From Octopus bimaculoides (taxonomy: Eukaryota): DNA of 64,000 nt. The position numbers and the translations under genes are program-made. Under the pieces are notes generated by a model. That model made no database searches and was not told the origin of the DNA. It saw nothing but the letters and a program-made list of their open reading frames with translations. The stretch lies in the NCBI RefSeq assembly GCF_001194135.2, contig NC_068984.1:15435549-15499548 (forward strand). Direction: 5' to 3'. Below are positions 52,791 through 64,000 of the stretch, one piece after another; within the stretch, counting starts at the first letter, position 1; each line of letters starts with the position of its first letter.

Positions 52791-54499
52791 GTGCATGCAG
52801 GAAGCCTAACTGCTTTTCATAGTAACATCCCTATCTCTACATGTTCACTCAAGTTTGGTTAATGCAGTCAGTGTCTGTACAATTCTCGCAAGGATTTTAG
52901 GTTTTGATCTTTTATCATTAGTAAAGTATTTTGCGGTATTTGAACTGTCCTGAACAAGGACAGAAATTAATAGCTTCTTTGTTCAGAAACTTCAAATGAA
53001 AAGGTACCATTAGTACTTGTTATAAGTGTGATTTTGTGATCTGTCATTTTTTACTTTTTCAGTCATTAGACTGCAGCCTTATAGCACAGATTTCCATCAT
53101 ACAGTTAACAGAGATTTTGTCAAACCTCAATCATCATCATTTAACACCCATTAAATATCATCAGTAAATCTTAAATTTGTGATATTCCTCCCTCAAATGT
53201 CTTCAAGGGCATTGCTCATGATCTGATTCAGAAAGATAAAGAGTGGGGAGAGGAGGCAGTACTGATGCACCTCTACAGTGGTATGGAACTAATCCTCTGG
53301 AGTAAAACTGTATGAGTCAGCTTAACCCATGTTGAATTTGTTGTAACCCATACAGCATCATGCTTTAGAACAGATAGAAAATCAACCCTATGCAATTAAA
53401 GAAAGATTGTACCTGTAACACACACATCTAGGATAAGAATATGTCCCCTGGAATACTTAAGTTTAGTGACATATCTCTAAACTTAAAGACATTTACAGAA
53501 CTTTACACCTTATACCTAAAGAACAGGTTTTGATACTCACAACAAAGCTAACAGTTCCATAAATCTCATCCATCTTAGTCATTTAGTTTCACCCTCACTA
53601 TGTCACTAAGTACAAAGAAAGCTTTATGCAGTTGCTTAATCTGCTATATATAATAATCAAAATCCCTTAAAGCACAACCTACCAGCTTAGGTATAAAGAA
53701 AGGTTACATTAATCTTACATCTAAGATGAATGGTTATGGCTGGGATGCTCAATCAGATTCAACCTAGGCTCTAACAATTTACCAGCAAATTCAAGATATT
53801 TCTCAGTCTACGATATTTAAATAAGAATTGAACTGCTATTACTGCTTTATGCTTTTTTAAAATACTCTTTAGATTACACTATGTTCACTGAATTAAAAAC
53901 AATTTTAAAAGTACATTTTCCTTTTGTGGCTTTTAAATGTACTCTATAACAATTTATATATATTTAAAAACCTAAATTAAACAATTATTTAAAATTTAAC
54001 TTTTTTTTCTCTTAAAACCAAGTCACTGATTAGATTAAATTATCACATTCAATTAGTATGAAAAATTTATCAATGTAAATTTAATGCACATGTGCATAAA
54101 TTGTTAAAACAATGAAATTAGTATTATGAAGTTGTGTTTGACAATCTGCTGCAGAAAGACCTAGATGCTATGTGCCATATATAAATGAGCTGAATAAAAC
54201 AACACGCAGTTCTAAGTCCTCCACTATTAATTAGCAAGCTTGTGCTAACAGTTTTGTGATCTGAGGAGTGATATGAGCAACACCTCGTTTCACATGATGG
54301 TGATAATATGCAGGCAAATGACCAGATGGATTGAGAACTTTCAGAACAAGGGACCAGGAAACTATGCTGGTTCTATGGAGGACATTTGTCCTCAACCATC
54401 TTGACTACTGCTCTCTACTGTGGTCAAACTAATAGCAGGACTTGAGACAGGATGATTGCATCAATAGAACAGTTGAGCGACTGGGAGAGACTGAAAGAG

Positions 54500-54945
54500 C
54501 TGATAGGAGAGATACACAGTGATATATGTAAGGAAGATCCTTGAAGGGTTGAGATTAAACTTTGGCATTGAGAGCTATACCAACCCTCAAAATGGACGTC
54601 ACACTGTTTCAAAGGTCTCAGCCAACCCATCTAGAGTGAGGATAATGTACCGCAATAGCTTGGAATTCAAGAGTCCATGATTATTTAATACCTTGCCAAA
54701 TACATCTGAGAGGCTCTACATGGAGTAGGGGTAGATATTTTCAAGAAACAATTTGATTTTCTGCTGTCCAAGGTCCAAAATGAACCTACATCACAGCAAG
54801 AAACTCAAAGAGGACAACAATATCAAATTCCTTCTTTCACCAAAAGCCAATCACATAAGAATGGCCATTGAAAATGGTAATAACACTGGTGGTGCCCCAA
54901 CATGGTCACAGCCTTTGAGCTGAAACGCATAAAAGAATATGAGAG
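54500..54945 (+). mobile_element. CR1/L2-group LINE 3' end
   Basis: SLEFKSP*LFNTLP...GVGVDIFKKQFDFLLSKVQNEP, followed by the 3' tail ggtggtgccccaacatggtcacagcc..gctgaaac shared with the SINEs. Confidence 0.65.
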
Positions 54946-57900
54946 TATGAAATTTGATTCAATTAGCAATCATTTTCCACAAATCAGAGACTGATGTCCA
55001 ACCGATCAGCTTGCAATCAGGCAACCAAACCAGTGGTATATCATACCTTAGGGTAAAGACATGCATGTTTGAAAAAATTCAGTTAGGTGCAACAGTCTCA
55101 CAATTTCCTGAAAGCTTAGTGTTGCTTGGCACTTTACTATGCATTATACATTGCTAAGATTTTAATCACATACACTCCTGTGTAGGTGATTTGACTATTT
55201 ACTCTGAACAATATTCCACACTGGCATCAATGACACATCCCACCAAAACTGTGCAAACTCTGATGCAAATATCCACCAATGAATCCATGACCATTTAGTC
55301 TAATTCAACAGCCTCAACATCATTACTCACAATATTAAATTGGCTGATCTTTCATGACAATCAAACATTACATATTCTCTCAGGATAAGAAATATTTTCT
55401 GATATTCTACAACCCAAAATACTGTTCTTATATCTGTCACAATGCAACTTAGGCACAATTCTAAAAATGTACCATACACCCCGTCACTTCTACCAACTCT
55501 ACTACAGTTCCTGTTCTTTTGAACTGACTAATGCACCTATCTTTCCTCTTTACAGTATGTCACTGCACCCCAAAAGTCATTCACAATCCTAACTTTCTTT
55601 ACGAAAACTCCCACCAGGGATCAACCAGTTAAAGTTCAAACTGAACAATCCTACATTGATCTTTCCCATCTAGGAATAAAAATATAATGTATTCAACTCA
55701 ATAGCTTGAGTATTCACAGAACAAAAGCTATGATACTCAGCAATAAATAAATTATTGATGTATAGTGATGGAATCAAAGAAGAGGATAGAAAACGTTGAA
55801 GTATTATTGTTGACTAAAACAAAATACCATATTTTCTGGCACACAAACCAAATTTTTCAGATAAAAATTTAGACAAAAATGGTAGGATGGAGGATCAAAA
55901 ATCCCATGAGATGCAGCAGGATTTGGAAAGTTGGTGGCAATGTTTGAATGCTTAGTTTCATTGATGGTCTACAAGTAGGCCATATAGAGCGTAAGGTAAA
56001 AATGTAGAATTTGAGGAAATTGGAGTTAGTCTCCTTAGGTAACAATTAGTCCATAGGTAAGTTCAGAGAAGAGTTTAATAATTTCATTGCAAATAACTTA
56101 TTTAACTCTTCTATGAACTCTTATCATGATCATCTTTTTAACATTCACTCTTCCATCTGTGCATAAGTCAAAAGGAATTCATTGAGGTAGATGTGCTATG
56201 GCCAGATACCCTTCCTATTGCCAACCCTCACCCATTTTCAAATTAGGTAATATTTCCCCTTGGCCAGATACATTTCCATAGAAGACTGGAAATGAACAAC
56301 ACTGATTATATGACAGTGATGCTCATTTACAACTATCACATGATGTCAAAGAGAACAAAATGCATGCATACACACACATTAGGCTTCTTTTAGTTTCCAT
56401 CTCCAAATCCACTCACAAGGCTTTACTTAACCCGGGATTAGTGGCACTGAAGCTGAAACCATGTGGCTGGGAAGCAAACTTATTCCTACAGTCATGCTTG
56501 TGAAGCTGTGGTCTGCAAATTCTTGTTAGAGGCTAGTAAACCCAAATAAGAATTGACTGGATTGAAACAAACTGGCCACCCAATGTCAGTGCAGAAAGCA
56601 GATGTAAAAAGGGTTATGATGATGATGATGCTATGTCAATGAATCATGGGTAGTGAAATGACATCTAAGAATGCACAAATGTGGATTTGAAATATTAAAC
56701 TTACTAGAAAGGTTTTGTGCGAGGTGATCATAGAACTGGTCAGCAAAGAGCTTTGCAAATTATGCAGGAAAGAGGAGTTAATACAGACAAAAAATATGAA
56801 TGGATGATTGCATGAAGTGTAAAGGTGCTTTAAATTAGAATTATAGAGTATCTGAGTTATAAAGAAGACCTCACATATACTTTTGGTGGTGTTTTTTGTA
56901 AACAAAAGGGAAAATTATTAAATCCGTGCTCAGTGTGTGGATCTCACGCACTGAGCACAGACTTGGACTACTTGGGAAGATGCTTTGTTACGGATTTATC
57001 CGCCCTGATGGAGTACTGGAAAGCAATGAAGGACAATTTCAAGATGATTGAATTGTGGTCCTTGTATGTTGAAAACATCACGTGGGACAAACAAAAGCCC
57101 TGTAAAAAGAGGTTTTCCATTCACCGATAAAAGTTAAGCTTTTTCTAAACTATTACTTTTATTAGGCTAATGAGATTAAAGCCTCGCGAAATAAAAATGT
57201 AATATTTTTTAGATACCGTTAAAGGTTCTTCCTTGTGAAGCATTGACATAGTAAGTTACGTTCTCATGTAAAGATGCCTTAAGTGTTTGAACAGGAAGCG
57301 CAGGAAGATCAGAGCACTCTAAAAGACAAATTTGATAGAAAAAAAATATTTGAAAGCCATCTAAGTTTAAATATTAAAATTGAACTTTATTTCAGATTTA
57401 AAATATTGATTATGTTCAAGTGCTAAGCTAGTTATTTGCATACTTCAACGGCAAAGCTTTGTGAAGTGATTGGCAATAAAATGTCTTCATTTGTGAATAA
57501 CTAGGCCAAAGATATTTTCCCGTTTGTGAATGTATACAAACTGAAAAATATATTTATACAATAGTTTACGTTATTTTCTATAATACAAGTTTATATACGT
57601 AATAAATATAATTTTTGAAATTTTCAAAAGGATTTATTTCCAAAATTAAAGAAATAATGTCTAGATTTGTTCGATTCAGGGAATAAAATGCATTATTAGA
57701 GAGTGGCATATAGTTAGATCAGACTGGTGGTAATTGAAATATTCACGATCAAATAATATTTAAGTATTAATTTTCGTTACTAGTTTTTAAAAAGAAATAG
57801 CCTTTACGTTCAGAAGTGAAGACAATATTTTAATCGATTTATAACTCCTTAAATAAATCAGTAAAGCTTAAAATCTACAAACCACCTGCAAAGCAGTTTT

Positions 57901-58996
57901 AAGTGAGTTTAGACAAAGTTCCAAGTTGGCTGTGAATTTAGGGAGAATCATATTTAGATGAGTTGTTAAATATAATAAGAAAACCTGATTAAATCTAATA
58001 ATGTCCGTCCGTTCATCAAAAATATAATAGAGAAAACCCGTTATGAAAGCAATAACATTCGTCGTGTGCTTGACCAAGACGTTTTACTGATATATAATTA
58101 GCATTACTTATAATCCAATTATAACAGAAATGAAGGTGTAAGAAATTATTTTAAAAGCGATTTTGTCAGATATTCTTTGATTTTAAGTAGAAAATAAAAA
58201 CTATGTGATTCGACCTTTAAACAGGAGAGGAAAAAAAATAATAAATTTCACGCACTAACATCAGATCAAAAATACTTAATGGCGTGTACGGGAAAATGCT
58301 GCAATGATTGGGAAAATAAAATAATAATTTGCAACATAAATCAAGCTATAGTGAGAAATTGCACAAACTATTGAACTAAATAAGATATGAAAAAGAATTA
58401 TTAAGTATGTTGGAGGCCATTTTAAAAAGGTTAAATTAATCAAATATGATCGAAGATGGAATGTGATAGATATATCGGTTTTTAAGCTTACTGAATTGGA
58501 AGCAATAGTTAAATAGAGTCCTTTTACATATCTGTCTATAATAGTATCAAATAGATTTCTGACCAAAAAATAACAGAAATAGAGCGTAAATATATTTAAT
58601 TAAATAATACTTAATGTAACACAGTGCATTTCATCTAATCTTAGTCGATTTAAATAGGTTTGTATATAATTTTTATAAATAAAAAGAGGGGGGGGGGTAT
58701 TTATAATATATACTTTAAACATCATACACTTAACAAAAGGCTTAATATTTTTATTTATTTTCATTTTAATGTAAAGACTGAATTAAAACACGAGATACGA
58801 ACTGGAAAAGGGCGACACGAATTCAATCTTTTTGACACCGAATAAATAACTACAGCATATTTAACTGCTTCCACGATTATATTTTAGTTTTGATAGAATT
58901 AAAATTTATATCGAATTTATCACGTGGACTTGGGAGTAATTTGAATTACTAGTTTATAAGGTAAATGTGTTCTTGGAAGAAAATTCATTTACTTAC

Positions 58997-59260
58997 GTTA
59001 GAAGAAAAATGGGAAACAGTCAGTGCTAAGGAGAAGTAAAAACAGGGGGGAAAATTACACGTATATCGTAAGCTTCTTTATTATAACTATAGCAAGAGAC
59101 AAGAATAAATTGTTTTAATCTACTTGAAATAATAATTAATACAGAAATAAGAACTATAAAAGTAAAAAAACAACAGAACTGTAAAGGAAGACGTGGGATC
59201 AGCAATATGGCTGAACAAGTTTAGAAGATTGAATGGAGGGGGAAAAGCGCGCCTAGGACG
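58997..59260 (-). other. Probable non-coding 5'UTR exon of CLK
   Basis: ATG-free, pyrimidine-rich stretch of about 260 nt ending tctaac|gtaagt. It lies downstream of an ETS-like CGGAAG/GCGCGC cluster and contains GCCATATT (YY1-like). The 5' end is approximate. Confidence 0.55.
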
Positions 59261-59780
59261 GAAGCAAAGTTACATTGAAATCTTGATAAATAAATAAATA
59301 AATGGTCTCGAAAATAATTACGCAGCTTTTCCAAAGAAGAAATGCATCTGCTATTATAAATGCTAAAGAATTGTATTCTCTTGTCGAGCAATCAAACTGA
59401 TAAGAAAGAGAATGATTGGCATGGAACAAATACGAGGGAAGTAGTAAGAGGTGATAATTGAGAGAAAGCATTTGTCTTAAAACATAATTGGGACTAAGAT
59501 GTGTATGTTAGGCGCTTTATTGTTGCTAAACAAACTCACTTAGCCTGTCTGTTTTATTTCTAATGCTAACACAAAATTCTGCGTAGAAGTGTGACTGATG
59601 TAATAAGCCGTTTACTTACATTTAATGACCGAAAGTCTTCGGCTTTTCCTCGCAAAAGATTGAAATAAACCTTTCTACTACACTTCAATAAAAGTGAACT
59701 CAACGTAGCCATATGCCGGGAAGACTCGGCAGTCGCGATTGGCCCAGTTAATGGTCCAATCAGTGTCATTCTTACAAAAA
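59200..59780 (-). promoter_or_regulatory. CLK main promoter region
   Basis: CpG-retaining region with opposed CCAAT boxes (gattggcccagttaatggtccaatc, about 59737-59761), another ATTGG near 59415, an ETS-like CGGAAG at about 59259 and YY1-like GCCAT motifs. It lies upstream of all CLK exons. Confidence 0.6.
59620..59712 (-). CDS. Candidate upstream first exon giving a 31-aa N-terminal extension (MATLSSLLLKCSRKVYFNLLRGKAEDFRSLN)
   Basis: ATG at 59712, exactly 93 nt to AAT|gtaagt (phase 0), in frame with the exon starting ATG at 34191. It lies just downstream of paired CCAAT boxes. Confidence 0.45.
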
Positions 59781-61249
59781 TAATCAACGTCGTCACTATC
59801 AAATAAAGAAGAAACTAATTAATCCAGCTAGTAGCAGTGCTAGCACTTAACGCAAATGTATATAATTTTTCTCAATATTTTTAAAGATCATTTCTATATA
59901 ACTAATTAGGCAACATTTTTTAATTTTATTTATTTCATGCATCGCATACATATTTAAGAAAATTACTGGGTTTTTTTTTTGTTATGCAGTGTAATGTTAT
60001 TGAAAAGGTGTTGGATTAAAGAGTAAAACTAAAATACATATATAATATACATAGACGAAAAGGGAGCTTTCTTCATGTCTTGTCTTTGTCCATTAGGTCT
60101 TTTCGTAAAAACATAGTTTTAAATTTATATGGGTGTAGAAAACGAAATTGGGTCAAGCTCGTGTCGTTTTCAAGGGCATTGATGACATGTGAAATTGCTA
60201 TAACCGAAAATCGATCCCTGGTTGCTGATAGGAGCATAACTATCATTGGCACTGTTTGTTTCCGTTCCCTATAAAATTCCTTTCCTCACTGTATTTACAG
60301 ATCGATGTTCTTAATGACGAAATATAGAGAATATTTAGAGCTTTTGATTTATTATTCAAATTTAAGCTTGCACCTGTCATAATGGAGCCAGCTTAACAGT
60401 GAAGTATCCCACACAATAAATATCTTAAGCATGATTTATACCTCTACTTTTATGGCCAGTAAAGCTATATCAGACACTGCAACATCTGTAATTAGAGAAT
60501 TTTTTTCTTTTCTTTTAAATTTGTTTTGGAGGTGGTTACTTCGTCAGCCATCGCTTTACGCATACTGTAGCACTTGGATCACTAGTATAGTCAATTTACT
60601 ATAAACCATTATTAGTTATGCATTTGTTTTAATTTCTAAGTTGCTACTGTTTAGTTCTGGGTCAAATTTGATCGCGCAGGTTTATAGGAGGTGGTTTCAG
60701 CCGGTTGATCGCGCCAGGATCCATGAATACCTAACAGTACACACACACAAACTCAAACATCTTTCAATTTTGGAGGGATCCTCCTACCCCGAGGGAAAAG
60801 AAACCAGTCTTTTTCAGCTTTGTAAAATTTCTCTTGAAAGCCCAGCCTAAGAGCTAAGGCATTCTAACGGTGGCCATCCTGTCTTTTATGCTGTCATGCT
60901 TTGGACTGTTCTACCCACAGTGTCTTTTCCTTAGGATGTTATTTGTGGAACATTTCCATTTCATTTCTAAGTAGGTTGAGTGACCATGTACATATTTTCT
61001 CGTTAGCTAATTGGTTAAGCTCCAGGCTAATTTAGTTAGTGCTAATGAAGATCAAACTTTCGGTATTGAATCAAAATGCTTGCGTGAGAAGGCCCGGCAA
61101 GCCAAGTGAGACCTAAATCCAAGGCCTCTGCCAGGGATGTAGCCAGCCCACTTACGCGTACCTTTCCTTCATTGGACACTAAACTCCGCTTACGAAGACC
61201 TGTTGAGGCAAGTGAAATAGAAATCGAACTAAATTCGACGACTGGCACC

Positions 61250-61343
61250 CATGCCAACGTCGTCTTTCACCAGTCCTCAGTCAAATCGTCCAACCCATGC
61301 TAGCATGGAAAGCAGACATTAAACGATGATGATGATGATGAAG
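61250..61343 (+). mobile_element. RTE/OK-type 3' end fragment with (GAT)n tail
   Basis: cagtcctcagtcaaatcgtccaacccatgctagcatggaaagcagacattaaacgatgatgat. Confidence 0.75.
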
Positions 61344-61344
61344 A

Positions 61345-62118
61345 TCACCAAGCTAACATGGTAGTCCAGAAAAATAGGACGAATACCGCCGTTGATTAGC
61401 TCAAAAAGGCCATCGCCTCTAGCTATCTACGTGACACACGAACCTGTGTCCATTTGTGTGTCACATAGCTAGCTAGAGGCGATGGCCTCTTGGAGCTAAG
61501 CAACGGTAGCATTCATCTAATTCTTCTGGACTGCCATGTTAGCTTGGCGATAACTATTAATATCCAGTACTGCTGCCGTAGTCTCCTTTAGAGAGACTTA
61601 GAAACATTAATATTTCTATTTTTGAAAACCAGTGGATGTATTCCACTGAATTTANNNNNNNNNNGTACTGCTGCCGTAGTCTCCTTTAGAGAGACTTAGA
61701 AACATTAATATTTCTATTTTTGAAAACCAGTGGATGTATTCCACTGAATTTAGGTAAATAATCCTTCGAACAGATGGTCAGTAGCGACACCTGCTGGGTT
61801 TGGCTACTCTACATTGATGAGGGGCAAATACCCTGAAACTAGTCTATAGATGCCAGACCAGCAAGGGGAAGCAGCTGACCTCCCCTGTTCGAAGGTTATA
61901 ATGGACAAAGGTTCGTGTGTTATATAGCTAGCTAGGTGACAATGGACACAGGTTCGTGTGTCACATAGCTAGCTAGAGGCGATGGCCTCTTGGAGCTTAT
62001 CAATGGCAGCATTCGTCCTATTTTTCTGGACTGCCATGTTAGCTTGGCGATAACTATTAATGTCCAGTACTGCTACCAAAGTCTCCTTTAAAGAGACTTA
62101 GAAATATTAATATTTCTA
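61345..62118 (+). mobile_element. Penelope/retrozyme-like non-autonomous element (5' inverted segment, hammerhead, partial tandem repeat)
   Basis: 61345-61454 is the reverse complement of the repeat unit. The unit at about 61455-61620 is repeated at 61941-62118, with a hammerhead in a long stem between the copies. Confidence 0.75.
61808..61850 (+). ncRNA. Minimal type I hammerhead ribozyme (C3U core variant)
   Basis: UCUACA-UUGAUGA-GGGG caaaua CCCU-GAAA-CUAG-UC^UAUAGA. Stem II, palindromic stem III, a GUC cleavage triplet (after 61844) and 5 of 6 stem I pairs are present. Confidence 0.75.
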
Positions 62119-62765
62119 GCTTTGAGATAGCATTGATTTTTCAGGTTTGTTTAGTAATATTGACTACTCAATATCTAAAACCTTTTGTCATCTTAAACCA
62201 GTGTTATTTTAAGGTTTTTCGTTTCCACTATAACATGGATAACATAGATTACAATAAAATTAAGGAGACACCTATTGCTATAATGTTCTTTATAGTTACA
62301 ATGGTCAATTGGAAAAATTTAGTGTCAGACAAAATGCCTTGTGGTAGTTATTTTGGCTCCTTTCAGTTCCAAGTTGAAAATCCACAGTGGTCAATTTTGC
62401 CCATGTGGAATGCTTTTTTCATTACAGACAAAAAATTACAATGGGAACTAAGAAAATTTGAGATGGAAGCACATACATTATTGGCATTCTGATAGATAAA
62501 CTAAATATACTGGTAAAGTGCCAGAAATGAACAGAGTAATAATAACATTAATCAATAATTATGGCAATAATGTTCTTATAGCACAAAGAATAACAACTTC
62601 AATCAAATCCATTACCCAGCCACCTAATTAGATAATCTGAATAGGAATTCAAGACTGTACAAATAGACTTGAAAAGGCATAATGTTTTCTTTAAATAAAA
62701 TACTTAGATACAGAAAATAAAGATCCATTTATTATCATTTGTTTATTATAACAACAGTATCATGA

Positions 62766-62863
62766 AAGACAGACAGATAGATAGGCAGGCAGGCAGACAG
62801 ACAGACAGATAGATAGANNNNNNNNNNNNNNNNNNNNGATAGATAGATAGATAGATAGATAGG

Positions 62864-62935
<72 letters not shown>

Positions 62936-62936
62936 C
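62766..62936. repeat. (GACA)n/(GATA)n tetranucleotide microsatellite with an internal gap
   Basis: Direct reading. Confidence 0.95.
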
Positions 62937-63960
62937 TCACTCATGCATGTATGATTATGAACTATAAAGTGTTTAATAAATGCTTCCTATTCAACAATCC
63001 TACTTTAGCTTACAAAACAATAAATTATAGATTTCTCACATTGGAAATGGCAAATTATTAAGTAGGGAAGTTTACAGGAAAATAAAATCACTCTTTGAAA
63101 AGATATCTACATAGATCCATTCACAAATCATTCTAGTCTTCAGACATTGAGGAATCAATTGTTGGTATTGAACTATGATAGAATGATTTCTCAATAACAA
63201 AGTCAATCAAATCAACTGCAGACAGCATCAATCTATAAAAAACTCAAACTTTTGTCTTAAGTTTTGGCAATAGTTAATTAAAATAAAGAGAAAAAAACAT
63301 CACCATCATCATAGTTTTAACATACTCTTTTCAAAACTTACATAAGTCAGATGGAGTGCTTTTCCTATCTCTAACACTCAAAGTAATATTTCTCCATGGC
63401 CAGATATGTTCTTGCAAAATATTAGAAATGAATGACATTCATCTAGAACAATCACATGATATCAGGTCAAAGAGACAAACATATACACACTCACACAAAC
63501 ACATACATATATACCACATATTTCGTATGAGAGCTTCTTTCGGTTACTGGCTGCCAAATCCATACAGAAGGCTTGGTCAGCCCAAGGCTATAGTAGAAGC
63601 CAAAGGTGCCACACTGTGGGATTGAACATGAAACCATGTGGTTGGGAAGTAAACTTCTTAACTACACCTGCATCTGTTATGAAATATAATGCTAGTAAAT
63701 TACAATTTACAAGAGTTTGACAGGAATGACATCAACTTAGATAATTCACTTACAAATGCAATCAGTCAAGTATAATCGAATATGATCTACTGCATATTCA
63801 GTATATATTTGTATGTTTTATTTTTCATTTCAGTCATTCACAAGATGCCACAGTAATCTTATATGTCTAGAGCAGTGATTCCCAACAGTGGCTTCCAACA
63901 CTTTTATTTAAATGAGTTTTCCTACAGACCCCTTTTGATATGCTTATCCAAATGTGTGTG

Positions 63961-64000
<40 letters not shown>

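Noticed and set aside
61567-61752. Exact ~88-bp tandem duplication on either side of a 10-N gap
   Set aside because: Identical copies abutting a placeholder gap indicate an unmerged contig overlap, not a biological repeat.

Overview
AT-rich, microsatellite- and SINE/LINE-dense eukaryotic DNA with about 10 assembly gaps. The repeat families point to an Octopus (coleoid cephalopod) genome. Almost the whole window is the 5' half of one minus-strand LAMMER kinase gene (CLK2/Doa orthologue). Four coding exons chain with consistent splice phases: 34191-34061 (MPKSRRRRRSP..., ATG at the first base), 22455-22209 (RS/His-rich), 7886-7790 (QDHPELIAGAPCIEDDEDGHLIYHPGDVLQAR) and 5198-5132 (YEIIQTLGEGTFGKCVEVKDV). 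The rest of the kinase lies left of the window. A CpG-retaining promoter sits at about 59-60 kb. The most notable signals are: (i) the 97-nt exon equivalent to the vertebrate autoregulatory CLK exon 4, with a weak donor, a NAGNAG acceptor and a ~300-nt AG-free zone; (ii) several candidate alternative first exons in phase with the kinase, one replacing the RS domain and one resembling a mitochondrial presequence; (iii) two Penelope/retrozyme-like fold-back elements carrying minimal hammerhead ribozymes; and (iv) a 630-bp TIR element with a 6-bp target-site duplication. All coordinates were read by eye. Repeat boundaries are approximate and no searches were run.
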